Shown: in pieces, positions 52,480 to 64,000 of the stretch
Layout: each line of letters begins with the position of its first letter
Position numbering within the stretch: the stretch's first letter is position 1
Assembly: GCA_030141605.1 (NCBI GenBank)
Contig: JAQGDQ010000562.1
Span: 75,836-139,835, forward strand
Length of the DNA stretch: 64,000 nt
Origin: Tubiluchus corallicola
Lineage: Eukaryota; Animalia; Priapulida
Reading direction: 5' to 3'
Made by a program: the position numbers and the translations under genes
The notes under the pieces: generated by a model
Database searches by the model: none
The model's input: the letters and a program-made list of their open reading frames with translations, nothing else
Told to the model about the DNA's origin: nothing

Positions 52480-52958
52480 TGCGTTCGCGCCACTAGTTGT
52501 TACATGCATTTCGTCATTTGCTAGTTAGACGGGCACTAACGCGTGCATTTCGGAAACGCATTGCACAAAAACAGGTGCTGTACTTCTCATTTCAGATGTG
52601 TTAGTTTGTGAAGAACTATACATGTTCGACAGCTATTGCATGAACACAGTGGTAAATTTGAAATTGGACTTTTTATGTTAAAACTTTCCTAGTTTTTATT
52701 TTAACACACTGAATGTCTTACAGTAGCACTGTACTTCAATTTTATCTTTCACAAACACGTGCAACACGTTCGTTGAATATTTTTGCTGTTGAAAATTATG
52801 TTAGTTTGTGATGTCATCAATAGTTGGGCTCGCCCACCGTTAATTAAGTTCTTAATCTATAATTTAATTATCTGAAACGCTTTTATAGTACTAATTGTGT
52901 TAAAACATATACTTTTTAACGGATTTGAAAATGGGGTAGCATATGAAAAAGTCTTCCT
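52480..52958 (+). mobile_element. Second copy of the Kolobok-like element at 7169-7728
   Basis: Shared CTAGTTAGAYGGGCACTA...GCTGTTGAAAATTATGTT...AAAATGGGGT; ends TTCCT-TTAA. Confidence 0.68.
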
Positions 52959-54865
52959 TTAATCAGATCTTATCTACGTTACTTCAGTTTGCGCAAGCGT
53001 AATTCACCTTTACTTGTAGGCTTATATAAACCGCAGCTAAGGCTCGTCAGATGCAAAAACTTAAATGTTGTTCAGCTTTCAAAGAGAATTTACAATTCCT
53101 CGATTGCTTACCATAAGGATATGTATCTTAATAGTTATAACTATTGCGTAATTGTCTGCTGCATGTTTGCGCTGCACTCAGTTACTGCAGGGTTGAGTGA
53201 TACTAATGATGCTGAAGATGTTTTAGCACAGAATCAGGGTAAGTGACGATATCACGCAAAAAATCGTTCGTTCGTTTATTCGTCCATTCGTAAGTTCTTT
53301 CGTTCGTTTGATTCTTTCATTCGTCCTTCTGTTTGTTTGTTCGTTCGCTTGTTCGATGTTGTTCGTTAGTTTTTCGTTCCTGTTTTTTCTTGCTTGTCTG
53401 TTTGTTCGCTGGTTAATTTGGTTATTTGTTTATTCAGCACAAATTGTATTTTATTAGTATTAACGAGAATGAATTAATAGTAACATTAATTAATAGATAG
53501 TAATATTTATGTACATGTAGGTAAGTATTAATAATAGAACAATGACTAGCTAACGAGCTACTGTTTCTTATCTATGCTAAAGCTTGAATTCGTTAGATGA
53601 GGGTTACGAATTATTTTATACTTAATAGAAAATGGTAGACAAATGCATGAGAAAGAGAAGTAGACTTAGTAAATGAGAGATAATGACTATAATAATATGT
53701 CGAATATAACTGATGACTCATGTCTGCTTAGATATTCAGTACCTAAAAAGAATCAAATTGGTCATACTACACTAAAAAAGAAAATAAACTGTGATTTTTA
53801 ACTTGAATGACTAATGCAGGCTATGTGATTCTTTGCGACGGTACAACGAAACGGCTAAGTCTTATGCGGGACAGTTAATTTAATAGACGTAGAAAAATAC
53901 ATAGATTAATAGATAGATAAATAACAATGTTTTGTGTATCACAAAGTGTTATTAATTGTTTGCAATCTATGATACGATTAATTTGCGCTCTGCGATTGAA
54001 ATGCGATTTACTTGATGTATGTGAATGTGATAAAAATATAATGTACGGTATTGAAATAAGACGATCAAACTTGGATTACTATGTAAAATGATGCCGTCAT
54101 TTTGGTTCAACGCATAAAAATGAGTAACTGGGAAAAGTTTTGGATCTTCAAACGAGGGGATTCCTCGTGGATATTTAGGTGAAGGATTTATGTGCATCCT
54201 GTTCGACTGAAAATGAGGCGAGGGATGCTGGATTGAAGTCATCCAGATGAGTTGTGTTGTTTTGTTTTTAAATTGAGGCAAGGATAGTGCATTTTAAACA
54301 TCTTCAGACAGTTTGTTCCAGAACTGTGTGTTGAACTGATAAATGAGTTGTCTTTTGTTCGAGATATCTAGAATGTTTTTAAGATTAAAATTAACACACC
54401 AATTTCCAACCAAGAATTAAATGTTTGAGATCGTTCGTCAGGGCGCATACATACCGAGCGAGATTATTAATCAAAATGGGAAGAAAAAGACGCATGTATG
54501 CTTTGATCTCACAAATGATGAGTTTATGTAAGTACGGAACAAAAGTGGTCCCTAGAGAGCTCTGCAAGGCCTGTATGGCTAAGACTACAAGTATCAATGA
54601 TGACATTTGTTCTTGGTTACTCGCGGGAAGCAAAGCATTTGATCTGATCCCTAACATATCAATGTTTTTAAGGTTTATGTAAAGACCTTTGTTACTTTAT
54701 TACTTGTTTTTTATGTAACGCTACTGCACTCGTAGTTTCAATTTTTTGCACTAGACGCATTTACCTATTAGCAGTGTAGCAAAGGTAATCACTGAATTTC
54801 ACATTGTATAATGTAATGTATACTATTATTATTTTATGGCAAATAAAGATATATATATATATAGG

Positions 54866-54920
<55 letters not shown>

Positions 54921-55947
54921 CTATGTATTTATAAATCGGCTATTATACAGTGTATACTTATGTTAAGGGCGAAAACTTTCATTAAGCTTAGGCTACATGT
55001 AAAGAAACGCAAAAGAAAGATTTGTTCTGATTAGCAGATTTTTATTCTGAACAACTTTCTGTAACTGGAAAATGAAACATCTTTTTAAAAACATTTTTTT
55101 GAAACTCGAGAACGGAAAATAACAACAAAATTTTACGCCATCATGTCGAAAACAAGTTTGTAATGTCTGCAAATTTAATGAAGTACCGGTTTACCAAGAT
55201 CACATAATTATTTTCACTCAATATCACAGTAATTGCAACAACCCACAAGGCCACTGATTAAAATGTTAATTTAATTTACTCTAATAATTCAACTAATAGC
55301 TATGTACAATAGAAGCAGCGACCAGAGTCTGGTTCTACTTCCCGTCTGTGTCTCAATTGCTTCCAATGAAAGTGCTAAAGACAAATGAATATAATTTACT
55401 GCGCTACCTTTTTAGACCAGACTGTTTAGACTTTGCGAGCCAAAGTTACATTGATAAGAAGAAGGAGAAATATGGGAGTGACAAGAAGGAGAAAGTAGAA
55501 GTGTCATATTTTGTTTTCGCAAAACAAGCTCTCAAGAAACAGATTAGCGCACACGTGACAAAATTCAAGAAAGTGGTGAATTTTAATAGAGTCACTTTTG
55601 GAATTATCTTGAATTACACTCAGTCTGGAAGAGTGTAATGTAGTTGTGTTTGTAAGAATCCTTTCAATCAATGAGATTTAGCTTACTACTTTTCTATCAC
55701 ACCTTCGGAGGGGTAGGGAGGGGTAGCGGCAGGCACAGGACATAACAAATTTGTAATTCGCAAGACGGTAGTTACTCGATTAGTTGCTTTTAATTGAGGG
55801 TTTTAGTGTTGCTTGTTTGACAAAGCATTGACCAATTAAGTTGACTTTCATTGGAAACAAAAGTTTTTGTCGTAATTGTGCCTTTTCCATGTCTTGTTTA
55901 GCCAAGCTGTTGTCTACTGATGTCTACTGGTTGTCTACATGTATTGA

Positions 55948-57573
55948 CTACCAAGCTTGTTTAGCCATGCTGTAAATGTTGTCCACATCAGCAAAGCCCC
56001 AGATAGGCTCCTCGATGTCATAGTGGTACAGTGTTCTTGGCTGCTCGTAGCTGTGGCCTTCCCTAAAAGAAAAATTTTCCAGTTATGTGAGACGCTCCAC
56101 GCAGAACACCATAACTAAGAAGTCTAGCCCAATTGTTCAATCTGATGAAACACGAAGACAATTTTATATTGTATTTGTTAAATCTCCATTTTGTTTAATC
56201 AAAGCAAAAGTATGTACGCTTTAATATTTGAGATTACCTAAAAATTTGAAGAAAAACATGAAATACGAAGTGTGCGCTGGAACAAATGCATTTTTACATA
56301 ATATTGTACTGTTACATTTGCCAAATTATCAGGTTTTCATTTGTGAAGGTAAACCCAGCTACCTAGGCCTATATTTTTGAAATTTTGCAAACTAATTCAT
56401 TTATACCGACTGCCGAGATATCAGTGCAATAATAAATTAAATGTTCTACTCTTATTGACGCGAGTTGCACTGATATGTGTTCATTGCTGGATGTACCAGT
56501 TGCGAGAATTCAAAAGCCACTTGGCAATTATTTTTAATTTTGTATCTGTATTGTCTATTGCATTTGTTGTTAATAGTTAATTTAACTGAAAGATATTATT
56601 ACCTATATCTGTATTCATAACCACGAGTCTTTGACGCAGTCTCAGTAGCTTCAGCATTATCTCTGCTGAACAAACTTCCAGTAGCTTGCCCCGCTCTCGT
56701 GTAGCTGACGCTACTTGAGCGATCTCCAGATCCTCTCAAACCTCCGCTGCTGACTGGTCCATAGCGAGTGGTCGTGAAGACAGCTGGTTCTTCAGTGACG
56801 CGGGCTATTTGAACCTTTTGAGCTCGGGCAGGAATGAAAGTTCTAGCGACACGTACGTCTGATGTCGGTCGTTCGAAACTGAAGCGTCTGATTGAGCTGG
56901 TTCCAACTGGTACTCTTCCAGCGTCTCCTATCACACGTGTATCGGTTTGAAAACCAGTATCTCCGCCGTCTGTCGCAATGGTTTGGCGGGGAACGTCAAA
57001 AGTCCTGGTTTCTCTTGTAGCGGCAATGGTTACTACGGGTTCATCTTCATCTTCCCTTTCAATTCGAACAGTCTCCCCAACTTGACCACCAATAAGACGC
57101 CTATCTAAGACATCGCCCGTTACGGTTACCGTTCCAGTACCACCAACTCCGGTACCAAAGCTTCCACCAGTCTGAGAGAATGAGCCTCCACCTACTCCCT
57201 GTGTAGAAAATGATCGTCCAGTCAGACCTTGTGATCCTTGTCCAAATCCAATTCTTTCGGTCGAAAAGGATCCTCCAGCCAGCCCTTGTGATCCTCGTCC
57301 AAATCCCAGTCCTCGGGTTGCAAAGGATGATCCAGATCCTCCTGTCTGCTGAAAGCTGCCGCCAGTGCCAACTCCAGCACCGCGAGAAGTAAAAGTGAAG
57401 CCGGTTCGCCCGGAGCCTCCTCCTCGGCCAAGAATTTGAAATTGTCCAGGCGTCTCCACTGCATTGCCAGAGAATCGTCGAGTTTGGAAGGATATTTGGT
57501 TAGGATCAAGAATCGACTGAGCTGTTGAAAGCCCAAGCGCCAAAGCAAGGAAAACTGCTACGGTCAACCCCAT
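55948..57573 (-). CDS. Uncharacterised secreted Gly/Ser/Thr/Arg-rich protein, 2 coding exons (56603-57573, 55948-56062), ~361 aa
   Basis: Signal peptide MGLTVAVFLALALGLSTA and a GC-rich 324-codon ORF. The apparent stop sits in an AG/GTAATA donor; a strong ttttcttttag acceptor at 56063 gives the phase-matched exon REGHSYEQPRTLYHYDIEEPIWGFADVDNIYSMAKQAW*. Confidence 0.8.
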
Positions 57574-58779
57574 ATCGTCCTGAAACCATTAAACAATTTA
57601 GATTGTAAACCACTCAATAACTGATTAAGCATTCTATTCCGGCTAACAGACAGCATAAATTTGAAACAAAATTGTAAATTGCAATACGTTGACAGTTCCA
57701 ACACACTGTAATGTTGTCACCCCTGGAAATAAATGAAATTAAATTAAAAGTAGTGTATGGACGTGTTTCTTGTGATGGACAAACAGACGTATGATCCGGG
57801 TACAATTCATATGCTGACACCTTAGGCCTAAGGCTTATGTAATACCTGTGTAACTGTAACTGCCACCTCGAATTTAAAGCTGTAATTATTATTGTTGCAT
57901 TAGGTTATGACCGCCAACAGCCAAGAATGTTTTTTTAATATTAAACAAGGAATGTGAGATAGTTGCTATACAAAGTTAACGTTTTTCAATCTGGTCGAAG
58001 AAAGGAACTTCATTAGTCAATTTTGCGTCTACGTTCACGTCATAAGCAACTCAAGGTCTGTAGTACAATGAAACAAAGTCGTAAATTTAGCGAAAAGAAT
58101 CTCCATAGGTATTTTTGGCGTTTCTTTTACACAGAATGGTGTCCAGAGGTAAAAACTAGTACATGTAGCTAGTGTAAAAAAGCCACCAAACTCTAATCTT
58201 GACATGATGACCTAGAATATTTCACAGCATCTCGCAATAAAACCTTGCAAATTTATAAACGTTTCGTTTTCATTTATCAGGGTCGCTGAATGCTATAAAA
58301 TACTTAAACACATTGTACTGTACTAGTAGTACTATTCGTAGTACGGTAAATGAGGTAATGAACTATCACAATGCGTTTTCGTGTAGACTTTAGGAACCAT
58401 TAACTAATCATGTGACACGTCTCATCAGACAGAAATAGTGCATTCACCATCAGTCTGAAAATCTTTTGTACAGCAATCAAGGACGACTAGTAAAGTTTAA
58501 TTGTTGTGGCAAAAGTTTTTATTGTTTATTTATTTATTATTTCACGTTTATTTCCGCATATAAAACTACCTCTGAACGCTAAACAAAACTTACTTACAAT
58601 CACTGTTTAAAAATATTGCTACGAGACAGAAGCTTTTTACACAAAGAACTTAGGATTAGTAAGTTAATTTTTTAAAAAAGCGTTAGAAGTATATTTTCCC
58701 TATGGGCAAAAAATTTCGAAGTTAAAATGACATTAATTTTAAGAATAAATATACGTATGACTTCATTGCTTGAATTTAA

Positions 58780-59735
58780 AACCCGCTGGCGAGATATAAA
58801 AGTATGTTTACGTATAATCACTTTAAAATGATTACAGCCATTCTCTGCACATGTTCTAAATGCTGTAAAAAAACTTCGTCATTGCAAAATAGTAGGCCGC
58901 TTTTAATTTTCTAATTCAGTAGCAAGAGGTTAGAGCTAGTGGTGAGCATCGAACGTTCGGATTCGATTCGAACAAGTTTTTTTAGTTCGACTTCGATTCG
59001 AACGTAAACTATAGATTTGAATAATTCAGCACTTCATCACATACGCTCTTTATCATTAAAACGATTGAGACATCATGCAATTAGCATAATTTAGCTGTGA
59101 TTTCTGTGCACAATTTTAAACAAATTATTAGTGGTTTTACTGTAGAACATGCATGATCTTTGTAAGACTAATTTTTACCGGTGGTTCGAAAACTTGTTCG
59201 AAAATCTTTCAAACTCAATTCGAATTCGATTCAAAATACTGAAGTTTGGTTCGATTCGAAATCGAAAATCACAAATTCGATTCGATTCGAATTCGCTTTC
59301 TGGTAGAGAATGCTCACCCCTAGTTAGAACAGTAAAAAGATGAACTATAACATTTAAAGAGAACACGTTTGACATCAGCAGAGCAAACACTAAAATTTCT
59401 GCAAAGAATATTGAATCAAATATAAAACAGGCGCAATTGATTTTAAATATCAGCATCATCTTTGCAATTATCGTTAATTATGTGACCAAGATACTTTGTT
59501 TCATGTTCGAGTTCAATCGGTTCTCCTTGCAAAGTTACGTTTAGCAACACTGACATTCCTAAATGCATTTCGAATAAAATAAACAGTTTTCGTTTTCGAA
59601 GCTTTAATTGTAATATCATTATGTTAGTATATTCTTCACAGCAATCAAGCAATTTTTGTAGTGACTGTGTAGAGGGAGCAATTAAACACGGATCGTCAGC
59701 ATAGAATAAGTGATTAATAACAGTAGGCACCACCT
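58780..59735 (-). mobile_element. Decayed non-LTR retrotransposon RT fragment (RTE-X-like), interrupted by a hAT MITE
   Basis: INHLFYADDPCLIAPS...LQKLLD...KYLGHII...DDADI, continuing after a frameshift as LCRNFSVCSADVKRVLF. Confidence 0.8.
58937..59322. mobile_element. 386-bp hAT-type MITE (longer sibling of 34428-34523)
   Basis: TSD GTTAGAGC / GTTAGAAC; same 3' end TTCGAATTCGCTTTCTGGTAGAGAATGCTCACCCCTA. Confidence 0.85.
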
Positions 59736-60383
59736 GAACGACACATGGCAGACCTCATAGACTTTGAGGCCAGGCGTCGTTTAAGTGATACACCTGTTAA
59801 TCACTTAACAGGAAAGTGATTAACTTAAGATATAATTAACAGACTGTTAACAAACGATTTGAGTTGGGATAAATATTGCCGTCTAAATTTAACGTCAGTT
59901 CCTTCACTTCTTTGGAATACAAATCTTAAAAACCAAAAATGTTTTTTCTGTTTCTCGGCATGAATAAAGTTTACGAAAAAGGGTAAAAAGGCATTTTCGA
60001 CCGTTGACACACATTCAACTGTAACTTTACCAACTTGAAAATTAAATCTTAAATCTTATTTCACAAAATGGGACGTGATGATTTATAGTTATATAAATCG
60101 TATTTCGATAAAAAATCTTTTGAACATTGAGAGTGTAAACTTGCATAAAAATTAATGAATTACTTTGGTGAGTAATTTATTGCATTGCCACTTTAACTTT
60201 ACCTGAACCTGTTCACCCAATTGATCATTTAATTAAACTCAATAAAAATCACTTAATAAATAATAGTTCTAAAACTTTATAACTTGTTTAGCATTAACCA
60301 CCCACAATTGCAACATATACAAAAATGTAGCAAATTTAAATGGCAAACCACGTAGCCACACAGTTATTATAAAAACTTCTTAC

Positions 60384-60470
60384 CTGTTGAACTGGAGTGT
60401 GATTTAAGAACAGGTAACAGATCTGATGACTGGACAAAGCTCAAATCACGCCATCATCGCATTTATATAG
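60384..60470 (-). promoter_or_regulatory. TATA box and short non-coding exon 1 of the secreted-protein gene
   Basis: CTATATAAAT at 60470-60461, Inr-like CCAGTC near 60431 and CAG/GTAAG donor at 60383. The matching acceptor tttcag lies at 57580, 6 nt before the ATG. Confidence 0.6.
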
Positions 60471-60579
60471 CCTTACTTAATGGACCAACGGTGATCATGA
60501 CCTACTTTACCTAACCCTACCCGTACTTTTTCCCGTTAGTCAGGTTTTTTAATTTAATAGTAATTTATACTGTCAAACC

Positions 60580-61075
60580 AAATGGCCCTTTTTCGGCCGT
60601 TTTTTGCAAAAGTTATACGGCTGAGATGTAGAGAACGGGAACGGGCCGAGGGTGGTGCTGGGTATGGATAGATAGCCCGTTCAGCGGTAGGTGTAGTAGG
60701 CATATTTAGAATTCCCGAGAGGGCCTCGGCGTCCCGCAACGGGCGTTTTCCCGGACCCAACTCGCGATTTTTTCGAAATTTTGGCCAAACAGCCTGCGGG
60801 AAAAACGTTCTAGCGTCGCCCGGTGGGACTCTCGGAAGGAGATATGGGGCTCTTTACAAAGAGGAAGAACGGGGCTACACGATGATGTGGGCTATATGTT
60901 AGGGCAGGTCCACAGAGAGGAGTACTGGCGAGTTAATTGGGAGTTCCATTTTCGGCAATTTTCGCTTAGAAAACTGCTGACGCAAAGGCATTGTTGTGAC
61001 GTCATCCATTGTACTCTGTCTATAATCTTATAACTTTAATTCAGCAAAACGCTGCCTGCTACGGGTTTGCGTTAG
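60580..61075 (+). mobile_element. GC-rich interspersed repeat, copy 1 (non-autonomous Helitron-like, 5'-truncated)
   Basis: About 480 bp closely similar to 62241-62710; ends in a GC-rich possible hairpin followed by TTAG-T. The family assignment is an inference. Confidence 0.6.
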
Positions 61076-61354
61076 TTAAACAAACAGTAGGCATGATGTT
61101 ACGGGCTTTGCGTTATACATGAGGACTAGGTAGGATGTTCGCGTATTATTGATTACACGTGTATTTATACGCAAAATCTTTTGCGGGGCGTTTGCTATTT
61201 ATTATATTATAGCACATAGTTTCAACTTTGTGAAAAATGTTTGGAATGGTTTTGTTGTAATGCTGTGCTGTTGGTGCTTGTGCTATAGGTGTCATCATCG
61301 TTGCCACCACCATTATCATCAGCATCATGATCACCACGTGAGGTGGTGGATTTG

Positions 61355-62010
61355 ATGTGGTGTGGTGGTGGTGTGCTTTGTGTGTTGTGCTATGGATGGT
61401 GTGGTGGGGTGTGTGGGGTGTGGTGTGGAGTGGGTGTCGTGGTGTGTGGGTGGGTGGGTGTTGTGGTGCAGTGTGGTGTTATGGTGTGGTGCAGTGCGGT
61501 GTGATGTGATGTGGTGGAGTATTATGGTGTGGGTGGTGTGGTGTGTGGGTGGTGCGATGTGGTGTGGTGCAGTGGTATGGTGTGGTGCAGTGTGGTGTGA
61601 TGTGGTGGAGTCGTATGGTGTGGGTGGTGTGGTGTGGTGTGTGGGTGGTGCAGTGTGCTGCAGTGGTATGGTGTGGTGTGGTGTGGTGTGGTGTGATGTG
61701 GTGGAATGGTATGGTGTGGGTGGTGTGGTGTGGTGCAGTGTGGTGTGCAGTGTGGTGTGCAGTGTGATGTGGTGGAGTATTATGGTGTGGGTGGTGTGGT
61801 GTTCTGTGTGGGTGGTGCAGTGGTATGGTGTGGTGCAGTGTGGTGTGATATGGTGGAGTGGTATGGTGTGGGTGGTGTGGTGTGTAGGTGGTATGGTGTG
61901 GTGCAGTGCGGTGTGGTGGTATTGTGTGGTGCGACGAGGTGGAGTGGTATGGTGTGGTGCAGTGTGGTGTGATGAGGTGGAGTGGTGTGGTGTGGGTTGT
62001 GTGTTGATTT
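61355..62010 (+). repeat. (GTGGT)-based complex satellite, left arm of an inverted repeat
   Basis: GTGGT/GTGGG/GCAGT/ATGGT pentamer variants. Confidence 0.93.
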
Positions 62011-62083
62011 GTGCACAAAATTCTTTTTGTGGGGTTTGGCTAGTTATATTAATATTCTTGGTATATATATATATTTATTTATT

Positions 62084-62710
62084 TATATATATATAAGATT
62101 CGAGGCTACAGCCCGGACGAGGGCACCATTTGCGGCGATCTATACATCAAACGAAAGGTCTCGATCTAGTGTCGTCTCATTGGGGGTTTATTTTTCGAAT
62201 GGGGCCCACCGGGAGGAACGGGGGGCGAAAAACCTCCAAAAATGGCCATTTTTCGGCCGTTTTTTGCAAAAGTTATACGGCTGAGATGTAGAGAACGGGA
62301 ATGGGCCGAGGGGGGTACTGGGTATGGATAGATAGCCCGTTCAGCGATGGGTGTCATAGGCCTATTTAGAATTCGCGAGAGGGCCACGGCGTCCCGCAAC
62401 GGGCGTTTTCCCGGACCCAACTCGCGATTTTTTCGAAATTTTGGCCAAACAGCCTGCGGGAAAAACGTTCTAGCGGCGCCCAGTGGGACTCTCGGAAGGA
62501 GATATATAGCTCATCAGAAAGAGGAAGAACGGGGCTACACGATGATGTGGACTATATGTTAGGGCTGGTCCACCGAGAGGAGTACCGACGAGTTAATTGG
62601 ATGTTTTATTTTCGACAATTTTCGCTTAGAAAACTGTTGACGCAAAGGCATTGTTGTGACGTCATCCATTGTATTCTGTCTATAAGTTTAATTCAGCAAA
62701 AAGCTGCCTG
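62084..62710 (+). mobile_element. GC-rich interspersed repeat, copy 2 (non-autonomous Helitron-like)
   Basis: Starts TATATATATAAGA; direct repeat of 60580-61059; no TIR or TSD seen. Confidence 0.6.
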
Positions 62711-63410
62711 CGAGTGCGAAATATATCACAATTAGAACCCTAGTGTGTACTCTAAGGGCAGCGTTGCAAGGCTAATCCTGTTCTGCAGTGGGAGTGCGAA
62801 AATGTCGTAATTGCGAAAAGATCTTATCGTATGATTTATACCACTTCTTGTCAGGATTGTGTGATCATAATTGAATATAAACTTATTTTCCAAATGTGAC
62901 CACTCATGCTTCGTACTGATGTCGTTCACAGTCTCTATGAATGGATAAAAACTTCGATAAAAATGCGAAAAAACTTTCACACAGTAAATTTTTTCTGTTC
63001 ATTTTTATAGCCAATATTTATATATTATTATATTAACCGCGTTTATAAGTGATTTCCATCAAACCCACTGTGTGTATGTTAAACTTATTTCTATTGTAAT
63101 TTGATAGTAATGGGCAGCACTAAAGATGTACATAGACGAACTTATTGTAACGGTTTAAACATTAAGCCCACATTGTTATTATTTTCACAGCAATCGAGAG
63201 AAAATAAAATAAGTTTGCATTAAGTATAATATTTTGAAAACCAGCAATAGTATGTCTTCACTTTAATTTTAAATGCGTAATACTAAATCTATCTACAGTC
63301 GTTTTTCTCAACTCATTTGCTTACTTGTTAAGCACCACTTATTGTTTGTTAATTATTATCATTTTTCGCAGTTACTATTTTGTTGTTTTTCGCACCAAAT
63401 CAAAGCCGTA

Positions 63411-63895
63411 CTGCACCACACCATACCACCTACACACCACACCACCCACACCATACCACTCCACCATATCACACCACACTGCACCACACCATACCACTGC
63501 ACCACATCACACCGCACAGCACCACACCATAACACCACACTGCACCACACCACCCACCCACCTACACACCACACCACCCACACCATACCACTCCACCACA
63601 TCACACCACATCACACCACACCGCACCACACCATACCACCATACCACCTACACACCACACCACCCACACCATACCACTCCACCACATCACACCACACTGC
63701 ACCACACCATACCACTGCACCACCCACACACCACACCACACCATACCACTGCACCACCCACACACCACACCACACCACCCACACCATAACACCACACTGC
63801 ACCACAACACCCACCCACCCCACACACCACGACACCTCACCACCCCACACCCCACCACACCATCCATAACTTTGCTTACACTACGCACACCACAC
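63411..63895 (-). repeat. (ACCAC)-based complex satellite, right arm of an inverted repeat
   Basis: Reverse complement of the 61355-62010 type; the flank 63890-64000 matches 61252-61360 inverted. Confidence 0.93.
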
Positions 63896-64000
63896 ATCAA
63901 ATCACCACCTCACTGTGGTGATCATGATGTGATGATGATGATGGTGGCAGCGATGACGACACCCTATAGCACAAGCACCAACAGCACAGCATTACAACAA

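Noticed and set aside
61355-62010. Interstitial telomeric repeat
   Set aside because: The unit is GTGGT with variants, not TTAGGG or TTAGG.
60580-62710. LTR retrotransposon (two ~480-bp direct repeats around an interior)
   Set aside because: No TG..CA ends, PBS, PPT, TSD or gag/pol remnants. Copy 2 extends further 5', so these look like two separate insertions.
61362-63900. His/Thr/Pro-rich and Val/Trp/Cys-rich ORFs
   Set aside because: These are translations of the GTGGT/ACCAC satellite, open in several frames on both strands.

Overview
AT-rich nuclear DNA of an intron-rich invertebrate animal (GT-AG introns, many MITEs and decayed LINEs). It is not prokaryotic, and I found no CRISPR array, rRNA or tRNA. 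I reconstructed four genes by hand, checking splice phases. (1) A BET-family gene (BRD4/fs(1)h-like) on the minus strand has 26 coding exons at 2480-31729 and encodes about 1211 aa: BD1, motif A, BD2, motif B, ET, SEED and the C-terminal P-TEFb motif. (2) TYW3 lies head-to-head with it on the plus strand (7 exons, 33402-42687, 199 aa). (3) ZDHHC17/HIP14 has an intronless CDS (45797-47539, minus). (4) An unrecognised secreted Gly/Ser/Thr/Arg-rich protein (55948-57573, minus) has a second coding exon that the ORF track misses. The most unusual structure is a 69-bp intronic array inside BD2 built from about 17 copies of the exon's own 5' splice site. It is stop-free only in the BET frame and carries an intact in-frame GTGAGT donor exactly 16 units downstream. 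Also notable are a donor-readthrough stop predicting a BRD4-S-like short isoform, a 31-bp hairpin array beyond the BET 3' end, and a large GTGGT-rich inverted repeat at the right edge. All calls come from reading the sequence; no searches were run.
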